Below, in pieces: positions 37,153 to 46,974 of a stretch of DNA of 64,000 nucleotides. Source of the DNA: Actinomycetota bacterium. Its GTDB lineage: Bacteria; Actinomycetota; Thermoleophilia; UBA2241. Made by a program: the position numbers and the translations under genes. Under the pieces are notes generated by a model, which had not been told where the DNA came from, did not search any database, and saw only the letters and a program-made list of their open reading frames with translations. The DNA lies in NCBI GenBank assembly GCA_003132585.1, contig PKYG01000097.1, positions 1,790 to 65,789 of the forward strand. Reading direction: 5' to 3'. How positions within the stretch are numbered: the first letter of the stretch is position 1; every line of letters starts with the position of its first letter.

Positions 37153-37363
37153 CCCTTCCTCCCTTGTGCGCCTTGAAGTTCACACAAGGGTTCGTCACCA
37201 GTCCTTCACTGCGGCGTGGACTGTCCAGTTTTCGACCGGCGAAGAGTGTTCAGTTTTGCAGCGGCGTCGACACAAGGGCCGTGCTCTCGTCTGATGGCCA
37301 GAGAAGAGTCATCGCACTTGCAAGGGTGTTACGACAAGAAGCCGTGGGCGGGGTGAAACTGCC

Positions 37364-38767
37364 ATGACCGCTGGAGCAATCGGCCGCCTGCGGATGCCAG
37401 CGTATCTGGCTATGACGATTCTGATGGCCCTCATTGCCCTGCGTGTGGGTTGGGCGGTCTCCGGTCAGCACTACAAGGTCCTCGGTGGCCTGCTGCTCGT
37501 CCCCGCGTTGGCCGCTCTGGGGTTGCTGGGGCGGAGCGTGCGCTTCAAGCTTCTGCTTCTCGCGGCTGCGCTGACCCCTCTTCAGACGCCCTCTCTCCTT
37601 CCCTACGGCTTGTCGATGAGTGAGCTGCTCCTGCTCGGCCTAATCGCTGTGCAATGGACTCCCGCGGTGTCCCGCCGCCTCAGCAGAGGCCTGGGGGTGC
37701 TGGTCCCCCTGATGTTCTTTCTTACGCTGGGTCTGCTCGCCGGCTACCTGCACGGAGAGCTCGGTGCATCGCAAGTCGTGTGCGTCACCCCGTTACTCTG
37801 GTTTCTGGCCGCAGCTGTCTTCGTCAGGAGTCCGCGAGACGCGTTGAGAGTCCAGGTAGCGTGCATTTTGAGCGCGGCCCTCTATGTTGCCATCGTGCGT
37901 CTTGCCTCGGCCCTCGGTTATGGCGGGACGGTGTTCGCCGTCGCGGCTGGGTCCGCATCTCGACTGGGGGCAGCGGGTTGGGCACTTGACGTCGGGCCGG
38001 TGTCCGTGCGGTTCTGGTCCACATGGCTTGCCGCGCTCGTGGGTGTAGCAATGCCAGGCGCGGCGCTCTTTTTCGTGCGCGCCAAAGGCCATGCTTTGGC
38101 GAGGTACTCGTGGCTCGCGATCATGGCGCTCTTCGTATACGCAATCGTGCTGAGCGCAGGTCGAGGCGGCGCCCTGGGTGGAGCCATCGGCATCGCAGTC
38201 GCTCTTCTCACTTGTGGGCGGTTGTCACCGAGGCGCGTGCTCTTGGCATCAGCCGGGCTTGGGGTCTTTGGAATGGTTTTTCAGTCCATCCTTACGAAGG
38301 CGGCACTCAGCGTCTTGCCAGGCTCGAACCTGTCGCGTATCGGGACCCTCCTGAGATTCTCGACTGACCAGACGGGCAACTTCCAGTACCGCGTCAGAGT
38401 GTTGCAGGAGACTGTTGCCGGCGTGGCGGAGGCTCCTTTTGGCCGCGGTTTCAACTATTGGTACAGCCGTGGCGTGGATGATCCGATTGCGTATGCCATG
38501 CTCTTGAACGGCGTCGGAGTGCTGGGTGTTCTCGCCTTCGGTGCGCTCATCGCCGTGCTGGCAGCGACCTACATGCGACGAGTGGCACATGCGACTGGTG
38601 CTGCGCGGGATGCTATAGCGGTCGCCCTTGGCACGTTGGTGGCTGCCATGGTGGCCGGCGGCTCGAGCCACACTGTCTGGATCGCGCCAGTGCATACGTT
38701 CCTTTTCTGGGGTATCTTGATGAGCACCTACTGGGGCGTCGTCACCCAAGCGAGGCGCTCGGATTGA
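37364..38767 (+). CDS. O-antigen ligase/polymerase-like membrane protein (paralog B)
   Basis: Collinear with paralog A (TP..W.LAAA.FVR.PR.ALRVQ.AC, SRLGA, TWLA.L, TGN, P.G.GF). Confidence 0.75.
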   Translation: MTAGAIGRLRMPAYLAMTILMALIALRVGWAVSGQHYKVLGGLLLVPALAALGLLGRSVRFKLLLLAAALTPLQTPSLLPYGLSMSELLLLGLIAVQWTPAVSRRLSRGLGVLVPLMFFLTLGLLAGYLHGELGASQVVCVTPLLWFLAAAVFVRSPRDALRVQVACILSAALYVAIVRLASALGYGGTVFAVAAGSASRLGAAGWALDVGPVSVRFWSTWLAALVGVAMPGAALFFVRAKGHALARYSWLAIMALFVYAIVLSAGRGGALGGAIGIAVALLTCGRLSPRRVLLASAGLGVFGMVFQSILTKAALSVLPGSNLSRIGTLLRFSTDQTGNFQYRVRVLQETVAGVAEAPFGRGFNYWYSRGVDDPIAYAMLLNGVGVLGVLAFGALIAVLAATYMRRVAHATGAARDAIAVALGTLVAAMVAGGSSHTVWIAPVHTFLFWGILMSTYWGVVTQARRSD

Positions 38768-39804
38768 TTACCGTGGCCGTTCCAACCTATCGTCACCCAG
38801 ATTACGCGATGGATGCACTACGGAGCTTGGTCGACCAGCGGTTCGCCCCCGCCTTCGAGATTCTCGTGTTGGACAATGCATGCGACGAGCGGCTCGCACA
38901 GCGCGTGAGACGGATGGCCGAGCGAAGCAGCGCACGGGTCGAGTACGTCGGCGTGCCGGCGATTGGCCTGCACAGAGGTCGGCACGAGGCTGCCCGCAGA
39001 GCCCTTGGGGACGTTCTGGCGTACGTGGACGACGATGTCATTGCCGAGGAAGGCTGGCTCGCTGGCCTTGCTGAGGCTTTTGAGGATCCGAGCGTGCATC
39101 TGGTGGGCGGCCGAAATCTGCCGCTGTTCGAAGCGGAAGTGCCGTCATGGCTGGGAGCCTTCTGGTCCCCCGGCGCACAGCAGTGCGGGCTGCTGACACT
39201 GATCGACCTGGGCAGCGAATCGAAGGATGTGGATCCTCTGCTTGTATGGGGTGCGAACTTCGCGATCCGCAAGGCCACGCTGCATCAAGTCGGTGGTTTT
39301 CACCCTGATGGTTTCCCGTGGGAACTGTGCAGGTTCCGTGGCGATGGGGAGACGGCAGTCTCAAGAGAGATCGCGCGCCTACGGCTGCGAGCCGTGTATT
39401 GCCCACAGGCTACGATCCATCACCGGGTGTCGCCGGACCGGCTGACCGAAGCGTACTTCAAGCGACGTGAGTTCCTGCAGGGTGTGTCTGACTCGTATTT
39501 CGCAGCGCGCCTGAGCGGAGGCAAGCCGGCGGCAGTGCCTCGGACGTCGCGGATCCGCGCGTTGGCAAGCGGAGGCAAGGCTGCCATGCGAAGCTGCTTC
39601 CCGGTCAATGGAGTGCCGTCTCAGTGGCGCGCAGTCCGTGAGCGAGTCTGGAGGACACACTCGGAGGGCTATCGGTACCACCAGGAGGTGCTCCGGAGGG
39701 ACGAGAGCCTGCGGGCTTGGGTGACCTTGCCGGACTACTGGACGTCCGACGTGTCTCGATTCGACGGCAAGGCGCCCAGCCCGGGGGGGACACATGCGAG
39801 TTGA
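38764..39804 (+). CDS. GT2 glycosyltransferase, paralog of the 33033 gene
   Basis: GLHRGRH, YVDDD, GGFHPD..RFRGDGE, QGVSDS. Confidence 0.88.
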   Translation: MITVAVPTYRHPDYAMDALRSLVDQRFAPAFEILVLDNACDERLAQRVRRMAERSSARVEYVGVPAIGLHRGRHEAARRALGDVLAYVDDDVIAEEGWLAGLAEAFEDPSVHLVGGRNLPLFEAEVPSWLGAFWSPGAQQCGLLTLIDLGSESKDVDPLLVWGANFAIRKATLHQVGGFHPDGFPWELCRFRGDGETAVSREIARLRLRAVYCPQATIHHRVSPDRLTEAYFKRREFLQGVSDSYFAARLSGGKPAAVPRTSRIRALASGGKAAMRSCFPVNGVPSQWRAVRERVWRTHSEGYRYHQEVLRRDESLRAWVTLPDYWTSDVSRFDGKAPSPGGTHAS

Positions 39805-39969
39805 GCTGGATGGCGTCGCGCTGGGCTTGGCCTGCCTGATGCGATGTAGCCACCCCATGAGAGGCCTCGCTGCAGCACCTGTGTCGGGGGTCTACTCCGG
39901 CGGCAGGTATCCTTGGGTCTACCCAGTCGCTGCGACGGCCGGCAACCGACGATCACCGCGAGGTCTCTG

Positions 39970-41190
39970 ATGGATCGAGTCGGCGTGATATATCCGTACG
40001 CGTGGCCCCTCCCGAATCTCGTCGACGTTGGGGCTTTGCTTCGCGACCGCGGGTACGTCGTCGATCTTCTTGCTGCGCGAGAGGCGGTCGGCAGTTCCTC
40101 CGAATGGAGCGGTCAGCTTTCGTGCGATCTTGTCGGCCATCCGGGCGTCATGACTGGACGTTTCGTGCATGCGCCAGGCTGGATGCGGGGTAGAGCGCAG
40201 AGGCCGTATCGGCGTGCCGCATTCCTCGTCGGTCGCGCGTCGCTTGTCCACAGGATGCGACATCGCCACGAGTCTGACCGCTACGTGGCGCTGGTCGGGT
40301 GCGATGCAGAGGGCGTCCTTGAGGCGGCGCGACTGGCCAAAACGCTGCCCGTCCCGTATCTCTATTGGTCGCTAGAGATAGCTACATTCCACGCGGACAT
40401 GACACCGGCGGAGCGTGCGTTGAAGGATCTAGAAACGGTAGTCAGTCGAAACGCGGCGGCCGTCATCGTTCAAGATCAATGGCGGGCCCGGTTGCTCGCG
40501 ACGGAGAACGGACTCGAGGGAGTCAGGACTGTCTACTTGCCCAACTCACGACGGCAAGTGACACGCCTGCCTCGAGAGACCTCGACGCTACGAGCGCGCC
40601 TAGGCATTCCGCAGGATGTGCATCTGGTTATCTACACGGGCTTTCTGGCTGACTGGGCAGAGTGTCGGGGCATTGCCCAGAGCGCCGCTCATTGGCCCAA
40701 CGGAACAGCACTCCTGTTGAATTCCCGAGCCGCCGCTGACAGGTCGCTTGCCGACACGTTCAGGAGCCTGGCACCACCGGGGCGCGTGTATGTCAATCTC
40801 GACCCGGTACCCGACTCGGAGTACGGGGCTCTGCTGCGCTGTGCGTCCGCCGGCGTCGCCCTGTACTCCCCAAAGGAGTCGCCGGCAGGCTTCAGAGAGA
40901 ACCTGGAGGTCGTTGGCTTTTCCTCGGGCAAGATCGCCGCCTACCTGCAGTTCGGATTGCCCGTGATCGTCGGCATGAACACAGGTCCGCGGGAATTGGT
41001 TGAGGAGTTCGACTGTGGAGTCTGCGTGGAGGATCCGCACGGGATAGGGGCCGCCCTCCGCCGAATACTCGCGGACCGTCCGGCATTCTCCGAGCGAGCG
41101 CGTACCTGCTTCGCCCAGAGGCTCGCACTCGAGCCTGGCGTGAGCGCTCTTGCGGATTGCCTGGACTCCTTGCGTGATCAGAGATGCTGA
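39970..41190 (+). CDS. GT-B (GT4-like) glycosyltransferase
   Basis: YWSLE, IYTG, SSGKIAAYLQFGLPVI. Confidence 0.75.
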   Translation: MDRVGVIYPYAWPLPNLVDVGALLRDRGYVVDLLAAREAVGSSSEWSGQLSCDLVGHPGVMTGRFVHAPGWMRGRAQRPYRRAAFLVGRASLVHRMRHRHESDRYVALVGCDAEGVLEAARLAKTLPVPYLYWSLEIATFHADMTPAERALKDLETVVSRNAAAVIVQDQWRARLLATENGLEGVRTVYLPNSRRQVTRLPRETSTLRARLGIPQDVHLVIYTGFLADWAECRGIAQSAAHWPNGTALLLNSRAAADRSLADTFRSLAPPGRVYVNLDPVPDSEYGALLRCASAGVALYSPKESPAGFRENLEVVGFSSGKIAAYLQFGLPVIVGMNTGPRELVEEFDCGVCVEDPHGIGAALRRILADRPAFSERARTCFAQRLALEPGVSALADCLDSLRDQRC

Positions 41191-41404
41191 CCTCGCTGTC
41201 ACTGGGACCGGCGCGTTCGACCGGGGCATTGCCGGCACGGGGAAACGACCGCGACGATCGGCGCGCCATCCTGTGGAGGGGGTTGCTCGACTGGTCACGG
41301 CCGCTTTCGGGCAGCGGCTGGGCATGGGGAGCGCCCCTCAGCCGCACGCAGCACACGATCTCGGACTTTGTTGAGTCCGAAGCTGCGGATGCGCAGCGAC
41401 AGCC

Positions 41405-42016
41405 ATGAGCGCTCGCATCATTCGATGCCTCTGGCTCGTGTGGGATCAGATTCGAGCCCAGCGGAATGCTCAGGTCGTGGACGCGATACGCTCAAGCCTT
41501 GCTTCCTGCGGCCCCGAGACCCTGATCCATCCGTCTGTTGTCGTCGTGGCTCCCGAGAACGTCCGCATCGGTGAACATGTGCTGGTCGGCCCCGGAGGGT
41601 GGATCTCGGCGGTCAATACGTCCATTAACAACATAGGTGGGCACGTGATGATGGCGCCACAGGTCGCTCTGGTGGCAGGAAACCACAACACCTCGGTCGT
41701 CGGGCGCTTCATGGACGAAGTGGACGAGAAGCGTCCTGAGGATGACCAGCCCATCGTCATCGAGGATGATGTGTGGCTCGGCATGCGCGCGATCGTGCTC
41801 AAGGGGGTGACAATCGGCCGAGGCTCTGTTGTCTCAGCCGGATCCGTCGTGACCCACGACGTTGCCCCGTACTCCGTGGTCGCCGGGGTTCCCGCGCGCT
41901 TGGTGCGCGTGCGCTTTGACCGGGAGCAGGTCGAAAGCCACGAGCGAGTATTGTATAGCCAAGTGATCACGATGACGACGAATCCCGATAGGCCGCCAGT
42001 TGGTGATACTCCGTGA
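41405..42016 (+). CDS. Hexapeptide-repeat O-acyltransferase
   Basis: IVIEDDVWLG..LKGVTIGRGSVVSAGSVV, VAGVPAR. Confidence 0.9.
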   Translation: MSARIIRCLWLVWDQIRAQRNAQVVDAIRSSLASCGPETLIHPSVVVVAPENVRIGEHVLVGPGGWISAVNTSINNIGGHVMMAPQVALVAGNHNTSVVGRFMDEVDEKRPEDDQPIVIEDDVWLGMRAIVLKGVTIGRGSVVSAGSVVTHDVAPYSVVAGVPARLVRVRFDREQVESHERVLYSQVITMTTNPDRPPVGDTP

Positions 42017-43302
42017 AGGTCCTTCACCTCACCTGCAACGATGCTCGGACTGGCGGTGCCAACGCACTGCACAGGCTCCACGTATCATTGTTGGCCGCGG
42101 GCGTTGACTCACGTGTCATTCTGGGGGCCGACGAGGACAAGAGCCCGAGCGAACGACACATTCCGCGCTCGTTTGCCTGGAGGATCGCCGACAAGCCGTT
42201 CCGGATCATAGCTGAGCATACCGGTCTACACGGTGTTGTTCGGCCCTCGTTCCGACTGTGGTGTAGAGCCATTGACGCTTTCAACCCGGATGTCGTCCAC
42301 ATCCACTGGACGTACTCGGGTGGCACGCCTCCGCTGGTCAGCCTGCGAAGTCTTGCCGCTGCGTATCCGATCGTATGGACCTTCCACGACATGTGGGCCT
42401 TCACGGGTGGCTGCACAATCTCCAAAGGCTGCGAGCGTTGGCTATCAGGATGTGGCTCGTGTCCTCTGCTAGCAACAGGCGAAGGATCCAGCGCGATGAT
42501 GCCGATGCCGTGGGACCTGACCGCCGTCCAGTGGAAGATCAAGAGGTGGGCCTTTCGAGGGATTCCGGTGACGGTCGTCGCACCATCGCCGTGGATGGCC
42601 GACCTTGTGCTCCGCAGTCCCATCATGAGCGGGGCCATGGTGGAGTGTGTGCCCAACCCGCTCGATACTGCCGTGTTTGCGCCGCGCGACAGAAGAGCGG
42701 TGCGCGTGCGCCTCGGCCTGCCATTGTCGGCCAAGGTGGTTTTCTACATCGGGAAGCCAGAGCCTGGCAGTGTGTTCTCGTATGAGGGTAGGGTGCCGCT
42801 CTTGCTTGAGACCCTGAGGCTTGTGCGAGTTGACGATCCCGACCTGGCGCGCAACATGCAGCTGCTCATTGTGGGAGGGATGGGGGAGGAACTCATCCGC
42901 TCATCGGGCTATCAAGGGGTGGCAATTGGTTCACTGAACGATGAATCAGAGATGGCCGATTGCTTGTCGGCAGCCGACGTGATGATCAACACCACCCAAT
43001 ATGACAATCTGCCGGGTGTCGTCCAAGAGGCGATGAGTTCCGGGCTAGCCGTCGTGGCCTCCAGGGTCGGAGGCCTGCCGAACATGATCGACAATGGGGT
43101 CTCGGGCATCTTGGTCGACCATACCTCCCCTCGGGCTTTCGCGGACGCGGTCCAGATGGTATTGACGGATACTGATCTCCGCAACCGGCTGGGGTCGCAA
43201 GCCCGCGTGGTGGCCATAGAACGCTATGATTTCGGTCGCGTCGCGGCTGACATGATCTCGGCCTATGAGCGGTCCCGCGAAACACGCGCAGACATTGCCT
43301 AG
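42013..43302 (+). CDS. GT4 glycosyltransferase (WcaC-like)
   Basis: VWTFHDMWAFTGGC, DNLP..VQEAMSSG, VGGLP. Confidence 0.88.
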   Translation: MKVLHLTCNDARTGGANALHRLHVSLLAAGVDSRVILGADEDKSPSERHIPRSFAWRIADKPFRIIAEHTGLHGVVRPSFRLWCRAIDAFNPDVVHIHWTYSGGTPPLVSLRSLAAAYPIVWTFHDMWAFTGGCTISKGCERWLSGCGSCPLLATGEGSSAMMPMPWDLTAVQWKIKRWAFRGIPVTVVAPSPWMADLVLRSPIMSGAMVECVPNPLDTAVFAPRDRRAVRVRLGLPLSAKVVFYIGKPEPGSVFSYEGRVPLLLETLRLVRVDDPDLARNMQLLIVGGMGEELIRSSGYQGVAIGSLNDESEMADCLSAADVMINTTQYDNLPGVVQEAMSSGLAVVASRVGGLPNMIDNGVSGILVDHTSPRAFADAVQMVLTDTDLRNRLGSQARVVAIERYDFGRVAADMISAYERSRETRADIA

Positions 43303-43632
43303 TGGCCTGTCGGTCTCGACCGCATCGCATGCCATCATCGCCATGGGCGACTTCGGTTCAGTGATGCCTGACGACGGGCCGGTGGGAATGTGTTGGAGTA
43401 TCTTCTCAGGGTGCCTCCTGGGGCTCCAGTCGACGTGAGCTGCCGGTGGCCGGCGATTCGAGGGGGCGAGGAGTTGTGAGTGGTGAGCGCGGCGAAGACC
43501 TGCTGATGGGGGGACATGGCCGCCAGGCTTTGACATACTCAAGCTCAAGCGCTGGCGTCGCTGGGGCTGGCGAGGCAGGAGTCGTTCCCGGAGCAGCACG
43601 CTCCGCACGGCATCGGCCGACACACGCAAGGG

Positions 43633-44412
43633 ATGTGCACCAAGGTGCTTAGTCAGAAAGGTGTCGGTCTGCGCAAACGCATCAAGGAGATGCTGGCGCG
43701 CAAGAACGTCAGGGACGACTTCGACTGGAACAGATACTCAACCGAGTATCAAGAGCAGCTGGAGGAAATCGCGCGGGTTCATACTGAGGTTCTCACGGCC
43801 GGCGACTACGTCTTCCAGAACGACCGGCTTCAGTTGAGACGGGACATACTGCCGCTGCATCCAAACCATCAGCTGCTGTACGAGACCGTGCTCCAGATGA
43901 ACCCGTCTTCAGCTATGGAGATTGGCTGCGGAAGCGGTGACCATCTCCACAACCTCGGCCTCCTTGACCCCAGCATCGACCTGTATGGGGTAGACAGGTC
44001 AGCTGAGCAGATCAGACTCCTCCACAAGCGGCACCCCGGCATTGCAGCCAACGTCGTAAGGATGGACGCCACCGTAGTGCAGGGCGCCAGAACCGTGTGT
44101 GACCTCGCCTTCACGCAGGCCGTGATCATGCACATTCAGACCAAGACGCATCACCTGGTTGCCTTGGAGAACCTCTTCAGGTGTGCACGCAGACATGTTG
44201 TTCTGATGGAGAATTGGACGCGACATGCGTTCATGGACGACATCAGGGGACTCTTCGAAGGTGGACGAATACCGTGGAGCGACCTGCACTTCCATTACCG
44301 CGCGTCCGAGACGGATGCCGCGACACGCATCATGGTTCTGTCGGCTATGGACCTCGCTGACTATCCCACACTCACAGACTACGATACGCTCCTTGCACAC
44401 TCCGAGGGTTAG
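43633..44412 (+). CDS. Class I SAM methyltransferase
   Basis: MEIGCGSG, YGVD.S, TQAVIMHI. Confidence 0.78.
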   Translation: MCTKVLSQKGVGLRKRIKEMLARKNVRDDFDWNRYSTEYQEQLEEIARVHTEVLTAGDYVFQNDRLQLRRDILPLHPNHQLLYETVLQMNPSSAMEIGCGSGDHLHNLGLLDPSIDLYGVDRSAEQIRLLHKRHPGIAANVVRMDATVVQGARTVCDLAFTQAVIMHIQTKTHHLVALENLFRCARRHVVLMENWTRHAFMDDIRGLFEGGRIPWSDLHFHYRASETDAATRIMVLSAMDLADYPTLTDYDTLLAHSEG

Positions 44413-44631
44413 TCGGGATGGAGGCGACATGAGCGGTAGGCTTCGACGTGCTTTGGCCCAGGTTCACTGGCGGCTAGTGGAGGTTGGGGACTTACACGGT
44501 ACGTCGGCTGGCCTTTCGCTCCCTTCACTACCCTCCAACTGGAGTCCAGCCAAGAACCTGGCTGGTGGCTTGGCTGCCCACGGGCGGTGGTTTGCCGAGT
44601 TCCACGGTCCGCATGGGATGGTACAGCACTG

Positions 44632-45465
44632 ATGGAAGCAGTGCCCGGAGGTGTGCGCCGCACCGCAGTACTCAAGCGCTTCTGCAGCGCGAGTCCAGGG
44701 CTGCGCCATGTAGCCGCTGTTGCCGAATTGCAGGGCCTCAATGTTGTGCAGATGACCAAGAGCCTGGTGGGAGTGCCCCGGTTCCTACGGGATTTGGCTG
44801 CCTACTGTCGTGAGGCGAGAGCGGATGACTCGTTTAGGCCGTCCCTCAGAGAGTTGCTGCCCGTCATGTTTGAGTGGGGCAGTCAAGCCGGTATTGCCAA
44901 GGGCCACTACTTCCATCAAGATCTCTGGGCAGCCCGGATGATTTGGCACGCGATGCCGCGTTCCCACGTCGATGTCGGGTCGCGCATCGACGGCTTCGTC
45001 GCCCACCTCCTCGTGTTCACTCAAGTGACAGTTGTGGACGTTCGACCGGTTTCAAGCTCTGTCGAGGGTTTGACGTACGTAGCCGATGATGCGCGGTACC
45101 TCGCGTCTTTCCCAAGTGGGAGCGTGGAATCGTTGTCTAGCCTCCACGCTGTAGAGCACTTCGGTTTGGGCCGCTACGGCGACTCCATCGATCCCGCGGC
45201 GTGGCGCAGTGCATTGCGGGCATATGAGCGGGTGCTGTCGCCCGGCGGACGCCTTTATCTCGGCGTTCCAGTCGGACGTCAGCGGCTGCTCTTCAATGCC
45301 CATAGGGTATTCCGACCACAGACTATCCTCGAGGAGTTGTCTGCCCTTCGGTTGGTTTCGTTCGCTGCCGTAGATGACAATGGCGACCTGAAGCTGGACG
45401 CATCCCCCCGCGATTACGAGAACGCCGACTATGCCTGTGGGCTCTTCGAGTTCGCGAAGGTATGA
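44632..45465 (+). CDS. DUF268 domain methyltransferase-like protein (second copy)
   Basis: HYFHQDLWAA, HVDVGSRIDGF, HAVEHFGLGRYGD, FNAHR; start uncertain. Confidence 0.82.
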   Translation: MEAVPGGVRRTAVLKRFCSASPGLRHVAAVAELQGLNVVQMTKSLVGVPRFLRDLAAYCREARADDSFRPSLRELLPVMFEWGSQAGIAKGHYFHQDLWAARMIWHAMPRSHVDVGSRIDGFVAHLLVFTQVTVVDVRPVSSSVEGLTYVADDARYLASFPSGSVESLSSLHAVEHFGLGRYGDSIDPAAWRSALRAYERVLSPGGRLYLGVPVGRQRLLFNAHRVFRPQTILEELSALRLVSFAAVDDNGDLKLDASPRDYENADYACGLFEFAKV

Positions 45466-45480
45466 GATGTCGGCGCGGTG

Positions 45481-45723
45481 GTGAGCGACGTGATGATGTG
45501 TTCGGGAGGCGGGGATGCTGGGGTGGCGCAGGAAGTGGTGATCCGGCCACAGAAGGCCTGGGCTGCAATCGAGTTGGCTGATTCGCGGCGCAACAGGTGA
45601 CTTCTCTCTGTTCTCACGTTGCGAGGCATCCCCATGCGCAGGTGGTCGGCTGCGACGACTCTGAAGCTTGGACTGGAGAAGACCTACCGTTGGATCGAGA
45701 ATCGAGTGCGTGACGAGTCGTGA
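45481..45723 (+). pseudogene. Chimeric remnant: wzm 5' stub joined to the 3' end of an epimerase
   Basis: One frame reads VVIRPQKAWAAIELADSRRNR*LLSVLTLRGI...TTLKLGLEKTYRWIE..ES*. Confidence 0.65.
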
Positions 45724-46811
45724 GTAGCATGGCGTCGGTGCGGCGAGACACGCGGGTGATTCTGCTCAGCTACCCGGGGGATCCCGAGTCAGACCTGTTC
45801 AATGCTTCTGCGAGAGACAACTGCTGCCAGCCGTTCCTGATGCTGAGGGCAGAGCTGGCGAAGCGGGGGTTCGTCATAGAGCAGGTGTCTGATCAGCCGT
45901 TGCGGCAATGCGCATGCATCGTCTATTGGAACGTCAACAATCTGCGGCTATCAGGTGGCCTGCGTGGCGTTGCACGACGGCTCAGGTCCGATACCCGCGG
46001 GGCTGCGCGTGACCTGATTTCCGAGGCTCGCAGGCAGGGCCTGACCGAGCGGTTGGCTCTGGTGCTATGGGAGCCGCCGTCCGTGTGTCCGGAAAACTGG
46101 GACCTTAAGACCCACGATCACTTTCCGAGAATTCTCACGTGGAACGACGAGCTAGTTGACGGGGTTCGGTATCACAAGTTCAGACCGCCAGTACCGTCAA
46201 GCTTTCCAGTCGTTCCTGCCAGGCCGTTCGAGTCGAAGAAGCTGCTCACGATGATTGCGATGAACAAGGTCTCCAGTTACCCGAGCGAGTTGTATTCGGC
46301 CAGGGAGCGCTCAATCACCTACTTCGAGACTCATCATCCGGCGGATTTCGACCTATACGGCATAGGCTGGGACGATTCCCCGCAAGTGCCGTCTGGCACG
46401 GGCTCGACACGCTCGGGGCACAGAGCCTCCCAGCGACATCCCTCCTACCGGGAACCGGTGGCAAACAAGTGGAATGTGTTTCCCATATACCGTTTCGCAC
46501 TCTGCTACGAGAACGTGTTCGATCAGTCTGGCTGGGTCACTGAGAAACTCTTCGATTGCATGAGGGCGGATTGTGTCCCCGTGTATTGGGGTGCGCCGAA
46601 TGTCGATGAATACGTTGACAGCCGCGCGTACATCGACAGACGTCGGTTTCAATCGGACTCCGAATTGGCCAGCTACCTCGCCGGAATGTCGGAAGCGCGC
46701 TACGAGGAATACCGGACGGCCGTTCGACAGTATCTCCAGAGTGAAGCCTTCCATCTGTTCGAATCCCCAGCATTTGTCGTAAGTATGTTGCGGGGGCTGG
46801 GCCTATGCTGA
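45720..46811 (+). CDS. GT10-like glycosyltransferase
   Basis: LWEPP, YRFALCYEN, GWVTEKLFDC, VPVYWGAPNV. Confidence 0.8.
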   Translation: MSSMASVRRDTRVILLSYPGDPESDLFNASARDNCCQPFLMLRAELAKRGFVIEQVSDQPLRQCACIVYWNVNNLRLSGGLRGVARRLRSDTRGAARDLISEARRQGLTERLALVLWEPPSVCPENWDLKTHDHFPRILTWNDELVDGVRYHKFRPPVPSSFPVVPARPFESKKLLTMIAMNKVSSYPSELYSARERSITYFETHHPADFDLYGIGWDDSPQVPSGTGSTRSGHRASQRHPSYREPVANKWNVFPIYRFALCYENVFDQSGWVTEKLFDCMRADCVPVYWGAPNVDEYVDSRAYIDRRRFQSDSELASYLAGMSEARYEEYRTAVRQYLQSEAFHLFESPAFVVSMLRGLGLC

Positions 46812-46831
46812 GGCGAGGGGACCCTCCCGGA

Positions 46832-46920
46832 TTGAACGTGGCCGTTCTGGCGGGGGTCTACCACGAGATTGGCCAGGGAACCCCCCAGATGGTGGGTCGC
46901 GGGGTCGACGCGACTTTGCC
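46832..46920 (+). pseudogene. Degenerate 5' stub of a sugar nucleotidyltransferase
   Basis: gtggccgttctggcgggggtctaccacgagattg gives VAVLAGGLATRL if two single-base losses are restored; VAG follows. Confidence 0.45.
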
Positions 46921-46974
46921 GCGAGAGGCCCGATGCCACAGCCATGTTGGCCAAGTCAGTGGCTGCGTCGGCGC

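Larger units (their letters stand above)
35107..37272 (-). mobile_element. IS21 family insertion sequence (~2166 bp)
   Basis: istA-istB bounded by ~53-bp imperfect IRs (tgtcaacgccgcc...ctgaacagttttcgccg / reverse complement tgtcgacgccgct...ctgaacactcttcgccg); no flanking direct repeat seen. Confidence 0.92.

Noticed and set aside
43303-43632. Intergenic gap with RBS-GTG and a GEDLL-like motif, possibly a methyltransferase remnant
   Set aside because: Too short and degenerate to assign by eye
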